Source: an uncultured Thermoleophilia bacterium
GTDB taxonomy: Bacteria; Actinomycetota; Thermoleophilia; Gaiellales; Gaiellaceae
Direction of reading: 5' to 3'
NCBI GenBank assembly: GCA_963840365.1
Contig: CAWIYQ010000002.1
Span: forward strand, 78,777-142,776
DNA: 64,000 nucleotides
Shown: one piece after another, positions 55,545 through 64,000 of the stretch
Layout of the letters: each line of letters starts with the position of its first letter
How positions within the stretch are numbered: the stretch's first letter is position 1
Made by a program: the position numbers and the translations under genes
The notes under the pieces: generated by a model
The model's database searches: none
Told to the model about the DNA's origin: nothing
Seen by the model: only the letters and a program-made list of their open reading frames with translations

Positions 55545-55568
55545 CTTCGTCACGCATTCGTGACGAAG
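55545..55568. promoter_or_regulatory. Perfect 24-bp palindrome in the divergent VOC / comEA promoter region
   Basis: cttcgtcacg-catt-cgtgacgaag (10-bp arms), 42 nt upstream of the comEA ATG. Confidence 0.35.
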
Positions 55569-55609
55569 GCGTCTCCCACCTGTGACACCTCGTCCGGCAA
55601 GGTCGAGGC

Positions 55610-56230
55610 ATGCCCGCGTTCTCATTCGGCCTCGGCTCCCGCCGCCTCGTCGCCGTCGGCCTGGCGGCAGTCGTCGTGGCGGTCGTCCTCTGGCAGCACG
55701 CCCACGCCGGAGGCGGCGCCGCCGCTCCCGTGCTGCGTGTCCAGCCGGTGGCCGGGGCGCGCCGTGCATCGGCATCGCGCGCATCGGCATCGCGCGCCTC
55801 TGCGTCGCTGCTCGTGGTGGACGTGGCCGGCGCCGTGCGGCGCGCCGGGCTCGTCCGGCTCCCTCCCGGCTCGCGCGTCGCCGACGCGGTCGCGCGCGCC
55901 GGGGGCTTCACGCGCTCCGCCGAGCGCGACGGCGTGAATCTCGCAGCGCCCGTCGCGGACGGGCAGCAGGTCGTCGTGCCGGCTCGCGGCGCGTCGGGCG
56001 CCGTCGCCGCCGGAGCCGGCGACGGGTCGGGCCCGGCCGCGCCGGTGTCGCTCAGCGCCGCGACCGCCGAGCAGCTCGACACGCTCCCGGGCGTCGGGCC
56101 GGTCACTGCCGAGAAGATCGTGCAGTACCGGACACAGCACGGCGCCTTCCACGCCGTCGACGAGCTCGACGCCATCCCGGGAATCGGCCCGGCGCGGATC
56201 GAGCAGCTGAAGGGGCTCGTCGTGCCATGA
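55610..56230 (+). CDS. comEA: ComEA-family DNA-binding competence protein (TM anchor, SLBB-like domain, helix-hairpin-helix pair)
   Basis: VNLAAPVADGQQVVVP (SLBB) and SAATAEQLDTLPGVGPVTAEKIVQYR...ELDAIPGIGPARIEQL (HhH). Confidence 0.85.
   Translation: MPAFSFGLGSRRLVAVGLAAVVVAVVLWQHAHAGGGAAAPVLRVQPVAGARRASASRASASRASASLLVVDVAGAVRRAGLVRLPPGSRVADAVARAGGFTRSAERDGVNLAAPVADGQQVVVPARGASGAVAAGAGDGSGPAAPVSLSAATAEQLDTLPGVGPVTAEKIVQYRTQHGAFHAVDELDAIPGIGPARIEQLKGLVVP
55766..55810 (+). repeat. 15-bp tandem repeat (2 exact copies plus 1 degenerate) encoding (ASASR)n inside comEA
   Basis: gcatcggcatcgcgc x2, then gcctctgcgtcgctg. Confidence 0.85.
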
Positions 56231-57666
56231 CGCGCGTGCTGCCCGCGCAGGTCGTCCTCGGCGCGCTCGCCGCGGGCCTCTGCGCTGCGAACGCGGTGCG
56301 TCCGGGCGGGGCGGCGCTCGCGCTGCTCGCCCTGCCGCCGATCGCGGCGCTCGCGTCGCCGCGTTCCACGCCGGTCGTGGTCGCAGCCGCGGTTGCCTGC
56401 TCGATCGGCTGGTGGTGGGGGTCGGAGCGGCTCGACGCGCTCGACCGTACGGAGCTGGCCGCCGACGTCGGCCGGGCGGGCGACTTCGTGGTCGTCACCA
56501 CGGCCGACGCGCGGCCCGCGACGTTCGTCCAGCGCCAGATGGCGCGGACCGTGTCGTTCGAGGGGAGGCGCCTCGGTGAACGGGTCGAGCTCGAGCTGCC
56601 GCTCGGCCGGCCGCCGCCTCAGGGCTCCCGCCTCGCCGTGCTCGCGCGCATCACGGCGCCCCGGGGGCCGTCGCACGGTTTCGACGAGCGCACGTGGCTG
56701 CGCCGCCAGGGCGTGCACGTGGTCCTTCGGGTCGACCGCTTCCGGGTCGTCGGGCGGCGTGGGGGAGTCGGCGGCGTAGCCGACCGGCTGAGGGCGTGGC
56801 TACGTCGCGCGTCGACGCCCGGACTCGCGGGCGATCGGCGTGCGCTCGTCGAGGGGATCGTGCTCGGCGACGACACCGGGCTCTCCGACAACCTGAAACA
56901 GGCCTTCCGGCGCTCCGGGCTCTATCACCTGCTCGCGGTCTCGGGCGAGAACGTCGTGCTGCTCGCCTCGGGGATGCTCGGGCTCGGGGTGCTGGCCGGG
57001 ATCCCGCGGGCGTGGTCGCACGTCGCGGCGCTGGCCGCGATCGGCGCCTACGTGCTCGCGGTCGGCCCGCAGCCGTCGGTGATCCGGGCGGCTGTCTCGG
57101 GCAGCGCGGTTTCCGTCGCCTGGCTGCTCGGGCGCGAACGCGACGGCTGGCACGCGCTGCTTCTCGCGGCGGTGGCGCTGCTCGCCTGGAGCCCGTATGC
57201 GCTCTTCGACGCGGGCTTCCAGCTCTCGTTCGTCGCCGTCGCCGCGATCTTCGTGCTCGGGCGGCCGCTCGTCCGCGCCCTCGAGGGCTATCCGCTGCCG
57301 CGGCGGCTGCGCGGCCCCGTGGCGATCGCGATCGCGTGCAGCGTCGCGACGGCGCCGATCCTCTGGTTGCAGTTCGGCGCCGTGCCACTGCTCGGGGTGC
57401 TCGCGAACGTGCTCGTCGAGGCGGCGGTAGGCCCGCTGCTCGCGCTGTCGTTCGCCACGGCTCTCGTCGACATGGTCTCGCCCGGGCTGGCCGCGATGCT
57501 GGCCAGCCTCAACGGGCTCGTCGCCGCGTACGTGGCGGCGTGCGCCGACGCCGTCGGCGCGCTTCCGGTCGCCCAGGCGGGCGGGGCGTGGTCGGCGTTT
57601 GCCGCGGCCGGCGCCCTGCTCGCGGCGGCGCTCTTGCTCCGTTCGCTCCGTCGGCAGGTCGCATGA
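56227..57666 (+). CDS. comEC: ComEC/Rec2-family competence channel (DUF4131 plus Competence domain; no C-terminal MBL domain)
   Basis: FRRSGLYHLLAVSGENV, PSVIRAAV, multiple TM segments. 479 aa. ATGA overlap with comEA. Confidence 0.85.
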   Translation: MTRVLPAQVVLGALAAGLCAANAVRPGGAALALLALPPIAALASPRSTPVVVAAAVACSIGWWWGSERLDALDRTELAADVGRAGDFVVVTTADARPATFVQRQMARTVSFEGRRLGERVELELPLGRPPPQGSRLAVLARITAPRGPSHGFDERTWLRRQGVHVVLRVDRFRVVGRRGGVGGVADRLRAWLRRASTPGLAGDRRALVEGIVLGDDTGLSDNLKQAFRRSGLYHLLAVSGENVVLLASGMLGLGVLAGIPRAWSHVAALAAIGAYVLAVGPQPSVIRAAVSGSAVSVAWLLGRERDGWHALLLAAVALLAWSPYALFDAGFQLSFVAVAAIFVLGRPLVRALEGYPLPRRLRGPVAIAIACSVATAPILWLQFGAVPLLGVLANVLVEAAVGPLLALSFATALVDMVSPGLAAMLASLNGLVAAYVAACADAVGALPVAQAGGAWSAFAAAGALLAAALLLRSLRRQVA

Positions 57667-57691
57667 GCAGGGCGCCGCCTATGCTTCTCGC

Positions 57692-58690
57692 GTGGCCGAC
57701 GAGCTGAAGCCCGTGTACCTGATTGCCGGCAGCGACCGGCCGAAGGTCGACCGCGCCGTCGCCCGGCTGCGCGCCCGCTTCGACGTGGATGCGACGGAGC
57801 TGCACGCCGCCGCCGAGACGACCGGCGAGGACGCCGTCGCCGCCTGCAACGCCCTCGGGCTCTTCGGCGCCGCGCGGCTCGTGCTCGTCGACGGGGTCGA
57901 GGCCTGGAAGGCACCGGATGCAAAAGCGATCGCGGCCTACCTCGCCGCGCCGACGCCGGACACGACGCTCGCGCTCGTCGGCGGTGAGCTGCGCAAGGAC
58001 GCACCGCTCCTCAAGGCGGTCGGGGGGCATGGCGACGTGCTCGTCTGGGACGTCTCGACCAAGGCGGTGCCGCGCTGGCTCGCGGAGCAGTTCAAGCTGC
58101 ACGGCGTTCGCGTCGAGCCTGAGGCATGCCGGCTCCTGGCGGAGCTCGTCGGCGACGACGCGTACGAGCTCGCCGGCGAGGTCGACAAGCTCGCAACGTG
58201 GGCCGACGGCGCGGAAGTGACCGAGGCGGACGTCGAGGCGCTCGTGGCGCCGCGCGCCGACTCCCCGCCGTGGAACCTCACCGACGCCTGGGGCGCCCGC
58301 GACGTTGCCGGCGTGCTGCGGGCAGCCGAGCGGACGCTCGACCGCACCGGCGATCCGCCGTCGCGCGCGATCCCCCGGCTCGTCGCGAGTCTCACCAAGC
58401 ACGTGCGGAACGCGCGCGCGGCGCATCGGCTCGAGGCCGACGGAGCGACCGTCGCCGAGGCTGCCGCCGCGCTCGGCGTCAAGCCCTACCCGGCCCAGAA
58501 GCTCTACGCCCAGATTCGCAACTTCAGCGGCGAGGAGCTCGCGGCCGCGGTGATCAGGCTCTCCGAGCTCGATCACGCGCTGAAGGGCGGCTCACGGCTC
58601 GCAAACGAGCTCGAGCTGGAACGCGCGCTGGTCGAGATCACCGAGCCGGCGGCCAGCCGGGCCGCCGCGCTTCAGAGCGCGTCGCTCTAG
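57692..58690 (+). CDS. holA: DNA polymerase III delta subunit
   Basis: VYLIAGSDRPKVDRAV..., LFGAARLVLV, position after comEC, C-terminal LSELDHALKG. GTG start. Confidence 0.85.
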   Translation: MADELKPVYLIAGSDRPKVDRAVARLRARFDVDATELHAAAETTGEDAVAACNALGLFGAARLVLVDGVEAWKAPDAKAIAAYLAAPTPDTTLALVGGELRKDAPLLKAVGGHGDVLVWDVSTKAVPRWLAEQFKLHGVRVEPEACRLLAELVGDDAYELAGEVDKLATWADGAEVTEADVEALVAPRADSPPWNLTDAWGARDVAGVLRAAERTLDRTGDPPSRAIPRLVASLTKHVRNARAAHRLEADGATVAEAAAALGVKPYPAQKLYAQIRNFSGEELAAAVIRLSELDHALKGGSRLANELELERALVEITEPAASRAAALQSASL

Positions 58691-58962
58691 GCGGCGTCGC
58701 TGCCGGTGCCGGCCGCGAGCTTCGCGGCCTGCGACTTCTTGCGAGCGCCGGCGTTTCTGTGCAGCGCGCCGCGGCTGACCGCGCGGTCGATCAGGCTGAC
58801 GAGGTCGCGGTGCTCCTCGTCGATCTTCTCCGCATCGCCTGCCTCGACCGCAGTCGAAAGGCGCTTCGCGAGCGTCTTGATCGTCGAGCGGTAGCGCAGG
58901 TTCTCGAGTCGCTGCTCGGCGGCGGTCCGGACGCGCTTGCGCTGTTGCTTGATGTTCGGCAT
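58687..58962 (-). CDS. rpsT: 30S ribosomal protein S20
   Basis: MPNIKQQRKRVRTAAEQRLENLRYRSTIKT... The start is taken at ATG 58962 rather than the track start 58977. Confidence 0.95.
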   Translation of the reverse strand: MPNIKQQRKRVRTAAEQRLENLRYRSTIKTLAKRLSTAVEAGDAEKIDEEHRDLVSLIDRAVSRGALHRNAGARKKSQAAKLAAGTGSDAA

Positions 58963-59012
58963 CCCAGAGGTGCCCACCGGGGGGCGGGCGCCCGCAGGGT
59001 ACCAGAGTAACG

Positions 59013-60632
59013 TTGAGCTGCGTGACCGACGAGCCGCTCATCGCGCCTGCCGAGCCAAGCTCTGACGGGACGCGGCCAGCCGAAATGCCGCGTCGCCGCC
59101 TTGCGGTCTCGACTCTCATCTTCGGCCTTGCGACCGGCGCCTCCCGGATCCTCGGGCTCGTCCGCGAGATCATCGCCGCGACCGAGTTCGGCGTCGCCGG
59201 GAAGATCAACGCCTTCACGGTCGCCTTCCAGATACCGAACCTCGTGCGCGCGCTCGTCGCCGACGCCGCACTCTCCTCGGCCTTCGTGCCCGTCTTCAGC
59301 GAGCTGCTCGAGAAGGGCGAGCGCAAGCGCGCCTGGCGGGTCGCCTCGACGCTCTTCTGGCTGATGCTGCTCGGCCTGTCGGCGCTGACAGCGCTCTTCG
59401 TCCTCGTTGCGCCGCTTCTCATCCGCCCCTTCCACACGATCGACCCGAACCTGGCGGCGAATCTCGCGCGGATCCTCTTCCCGATCGTCGCGCTGCTCGG
59501 CGTCTCCGGGATCGTGGTCGGGATCCTGAACAGCTACGACCACTTCACCGTCCCGGCGCTCTCGCCGGTCGTCTGGAACCTCGCGATCATCGCCGGCCTG
59601 CTGCTCGGCGTCCCGAACGCCTCCTCGACGAACGCGAAGCTCTACATCTACGCGACGTCGATCCTGATCGCGACCGTCATCCAGGTGTTCCTGCCGTTCC
59701 CGTGGCTGCGCGGCCTCGACGGGCGCCTCGAGATCGTGCTCGACTGGCGCGACCCGGCGGTCCTCCGCGTGTTCAAGCTGATGATCCCCGTGACGCTCGG
59801 CCTGGGGCTGATCAACGTCAACGCGGTGATCGACACGTACTTCGCCTCGCGCTTCATCGACCCCACGATCTCCCCGAGCGCGATCCAGAAGGCGTTTCTC
59901 GTCTACATGCTGCCGCAGGGGATGTTCTCGGTCGCGATCGCGACGGTGCTCTTCCCGACCCTCTCGCGCTATGCCGCCCGCGGCGACCTGACCGGGTTCC
60001 GGAGCACCGTGTCGCTCGGGCTGCGCGGGATCGCGTTCCTGCTCGTCCCGGCGGCCGTCGTCAGCGCCGTGCTGGCGGAGCCGATCGTCCGCATCCTCTT
60101 CCAGCACGGCAAGTTCCTTCCCGACCAGACACCGATCGTGGCCGGAGCGCTCGCCGCCTTCAGCGCCGGGCTCGTCTTCAACGGCGCGATGCTGATGCTG
60201 AACCGCGCCTTCTTCAGCCTGCAGTCGAACTGGATCCCGACGCTGATCGCACTCGGCAACCTCGGGCTGAACGCACTGCTCGACTTCGCCTTCTACCGCT
60301 TCGGGACGTGGGGGATCCCGCTCTCGACGGCCGTCTGCAACATCGCCTCGACGGCGGCGCTCGTCGTCCTCCTGCACCGGCGCCTCGGCCGGCTCGACGA
60401 CGGCGCGATCGTCTCGGCCGTCCTGCGCATCGCCGGCGCCTCCGCGCTCGTGGCCGTCGTCTCCTACGGCGTCTGGAAGCCGCTCGACTCGGCGCTCGGG
60501 CGGTCGCTCCCGGCCCAGTTCGTCTCGCTCGGGCTCGCGCTCCTCGCCGCCGGGACGGCGTACTGGGTGGGCTGTCGCGCGCTCCGGGTGCGCGAGTTGC
60601 AGTCGCTACTCTCCTTGCGGAGCCGCTCCTGA
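59013..60632 (+). CDS. murJ: Lipid II flippase MurJ/MviN
   Basis: GASRILGLVREIIAATEFGVAGKINAFTVAFQIPNLVRALVADAALSSAFVPVFSE with ~14 TM segments. The start is uncertain (TTG 59013 or GTG 59022). Confidence 0.9.
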   Translation: MSCVTDEPLIAPAEPSSDGTRPAEMPRRRLAVSTLIFGLATGASRILGLVREIIAATEFGVAGKINAFTVAFQIPNLVRALVADAALSSAFVPVFSELLEKGERKRAWRVASTLFWLMLLGLSALTALFVLVAPLLIRPFHTIDPNLAANLARILFPIVALLGVSGIVVGILNSYDHFTVPALSPVVWNLAIIAGLLLGVPNASSTNAKLYIYATSILIATVIQVFLPFPWLRGLDGRLEIVLDWRDPAVLRVFKLMIPVTLGLGLINVNAVIDTYFASRFIDPTISPSAIQKAFLVYMLPQGMFSVAIATVLFPTLSRYAARGDLTGFRSTVSLGLRGIAFLLVPAAVVSAVLAEPIVRILFQHGKFLPDQTPIVAGALAAFSAGLVFNGAMLMLNRAFFSLQSNWIPTLIALGNLGLNALLDFAFYRFGTWGIPLSTAVCNIASTAALVVLLHRRLGRLDDGAIVSAVLRIAGASALVAVVSYGVWKPLDSALGRSLPAQFVSLGLALLAAGTAYWVGCRALRVRELQSLLSLRSRS

Positions 60633-60647
60633 AGCGGCTGAGCGCAC

Positions 60648-62438
<1,791 letters not shown>

Positions 62439-62445
62439 CGCCGAC

Positions 62446-63558
62446 ATGGGCGGGACGGTCGAGCACCTCTACGTCCATCTCCCGTTCTGCTCGTCGCGCT
62501 GCGGCTACTGCGACTTCGTCACGGTCGTCGGGCGGACGGGCGAGCACGGCCGCTACGTCGACGCGCTGCTCGACGAGCTCGAGCTCGAGCGCGGGCTGCT
62601 CGCTCCCGAGCTCGCGTCGGTCTACCTCGGCGGCGGCACGCCGACCCTGACCGAGCCCGCCGCGCTTGGTCGGCTGCTCGGTGCGCTGCCGCGGGCGGCG
62701 GAGGTGACGGTCGAGGCGAACCCCGAGACCGTCACCGCCGGGCTGGCGGCGCTGCTCGCGGAGCAGGGAGTCGACCGGGTCTCGCTCGGCGCGCAGACGT
62801 TCGAGCCGCGGCTCCTTGCGGTGCTCGAGCGGCGCGCCCGGCCGGAGGACGTGCGCCGGGCGGTCGGCCTGCTTCGGGCGGCCGGGATCGACAACGTCTC
62901 GCTCGACCTCGTCTACGGCATCCCCGGCCAGACCGCCGCCGATCTCGAGCACGACCTCGCCGCGGCGCTGGCTCTCGGTCCCGAGCACGTCTCGGCCTAC
63001 GAGCTCGAGGCGAAGCCCGGCACCCGCTTCACGCACGCCCACGGAGCGGAGCTCGCCCGCCAGGGCGAGGCGATGGAGGGGTACTTCGAGCTCGTCGTCG
63101 ACCGGCTGACGGGGGCCGGCTACCGCTGGTACGAGACGGCGAGCTTCTGCCGGCAGGACGGCGGCCGCGACCTGCGCGCGCTCCACAACCTCGGCTACTG
63201 GCTCGGCCACGACTACCTGGGTCTCGGAGTGGGTGCCGTCAGCACGGTCGGCGACCGGCGGTGGCGCAATGCGCCGTCCCTCCGCAGCTATCTCGACGCC
63301 CTCGAGCGCGGCGAGCGGCCGGCCCGCGAGCTCGAGGGCCTGGACGACGGCACCCGCGCGATCGAGCGGGTGATGCTCGGCCTGCGGCTCGACGAGCCGC
63401 TGGCCCTCGCCGGGCTCGAGCAGGCGGTGGACGACGCGGCGCTCGACCGGCTGGCCGCAGCCGGCCTCGCCGTCCGAGAGCACGGGACGCTCGCGCTCAC
63501 CCGACGCGGCCGGTTTCTCGGCGGCGGCGTGACCGCCGAGCTCCTGTCATCCCGGTAG
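62446..63558 (+). CDS. hemW: Radical SAM heme chaperone HemW (HemN-like, oxygen-independent coproporphyrinogen oxidase family)
   Basis: LYVHLPFCSSRCGYCDF (CxxxCxxC), GGGTPT, position between lepA and hrcA. Confidence 0.9.
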   Translation: MGGTVEHLYVHLPFCSSRCGYCDFVTVVGRTGEHGRYVDALLDELELERGLLAPELASVYLGGGTPTLTEPAALGRLLGALPRAAEVTVEANPETVTAGLAALLAEQGVDRVSLGAQTFEPRLLAVLERRARPEDVRRAVGLLRAAGIDNVSLDLVYGIPGQTAADLEHDLAAALALGPEHVSAYELEAKPGTRFTHAHGAELARQGEAMEGYFELVVDRLTGAGYRWYETASFCRQDGGRDLRALHNLGYWLGHDYLGLGVGAVSTVGDRRWRNAPSLRSYLDALERGERPARELEGLDDGTRAIERVMLGLRLDEPLALAGLEQAVDDAALDRLAAAGLAVREHGTLALTRRGRFLGGGVTAELLSSR

Positions 63559-63590
63559 CAGTGTCCCGGTAGCCGCCTACCATGATCTCT

Positions 63591-64000
63591 ATGACCGTCC
63601 CGCTCACCGAGCGCCAGCGCGCGCTGCTTCGCCTCGTCGTCGAGGAGTACGTCGCGACCGGGCAGCCGCTCGGGTCGCGCACGCTCGTCGAGCGCGCCGC
63701 GCTCGGCGTCTCGCCCTCGACCGCGCGCGCCGACCTGGCCGAGCTCGAGCGGCTCGGGTTGCTCACGCATCCACACACCTCCGCGGGGCGCGTGCCGACC
63801 GAGTCGGGCTACCGCGCCTACGTCGACGAGCTGCTCGCCCGCGACGAGCCGCGCCCCGACAGCCTCGGCCTCGGCCTGCACGTGGAACGCGCGCGGGTCG
63901 ACGAGGCGCTGCAGGCGACGACCGAGGCGCTCTCGCACGTCTCCCGCCTGCTCGCGCTCGTCTCGGCGCCGCCGCTGCACGCGGCGACGGTGCGCGACGT
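63591..64000 (+). CDS. hrcA: Heat-inducible transcription repressor HrcA (5' part, runs off the window)
   Basis: Hand translation: MTVPLTERQRALLRLVVEEYVATGQPLGSRTLVERAALGVSPSTARADLAELERLGLLTHPHTSAGRVPTESGYRAYVDELL. Absent from the ORF track because there is no stop in the window. An alternative ATG lies at 63582. Confidence 0.9.
   Translation, partial: MTVPLTERQRALLRLVVEEYVATGQPLGSRTLVERAALGVSPSTARADLAELERLGLLTHPHTSAGRVPTESGYRAYVDELLARDEPRPDSLGLGLHVERARVDEALQATTEALSHVSRLLALVSAPPLHAATVRD

Noticed and set aside
63549-63573. Direct repeat tcccggtagc ... tcccggtagc spanning the hemW stop and the hrcA upstream region.
   Set aside because: A 10-bp repeat with a 15-bp offset. It is probably a coincidence around the stop codon, with no palindromic or known operator character.

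Overview
High-GC (about 70% or more by eye, not computed), very gene-dense chromosomal segment with about 70 protein genes and three tRNA-Ser genes. It looks like Actinomycetota: the block leuS / comEA-comEC-holA / rpsT / murJ / lepA-hemW-hrcA sits at 52-64 kb. A Thermoleophilia-like (Solirubrobacterales/Conexibacter-type) origin is only a guess. I saw no transposase, integrase, phage, CRISPR or recognisable defence genes. Order left to right: sugar ABC ATPase tail, sugar-phosphate isomerase, xdhC, ybaK, a secreted orphan, flavin reductase and HAD. Then a small lower-GC islet of tiny ORFs with twin palindromes, a fabF-MBL-SnoaL operon, NHEJ genes (ligase, LigD polymerase domain) flanking a glycoside hydrolase, an orphan GroES-like gene and a 1016-aa repeat surface protein. 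After tRNA-Ser(CGA) comes a 7-gene two-component plus redox/flavinylation operon, then a divergent membrane/propeller/methyltransferase operon and tRNA-Ser(GGA) and tRNA-Ser(GCU). These are followed by a GMC oxidoreductase / DpgC-like / PaaK-like operon, a membrane cytochrome c, an aquaporin, DUF1800-DUF1501-cupredoxin, assorted small enzymes, ACT-malic enzyme plus a CBS protein, HMG-CoA lyase, a Liv-type ABC importer without a binding protein, a peptidoglycan hydrolase, lysA, an MMPL transporter and the housekeeping block. The best candidate for an undescribed system is the operon at 16263-22220: a response regulator and kinase with a NuoF-like protein, a ferredoxin, a di-heme ferric-reductase-domain membrane protein, an ApbE flavin transferase and a Pro/Ala-rich anchored mini-protein, almost all joined by 4-nt start/stop overlaps. 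Next come the DpgC-like arylacetyl-CoA module at 25950-30064 and the DUF1800/DUF1501/cupredoxin operon. Four genes look disrupted (three by single-base frameshifts, with two frameshifts in the ligase, and one by an in-frame TAA). This is either real decay or assembly indels and needs read-level checking. Genome architecture is unusually compact: many GTGA/ATGA overlaps, three convergent pairs sharing a CTAG stop/stop tetranucleotide, and several head-to-head pairs with 0-20 bp between start codons. All family calls come from reading the translated ORFs by eye. No database search was run.
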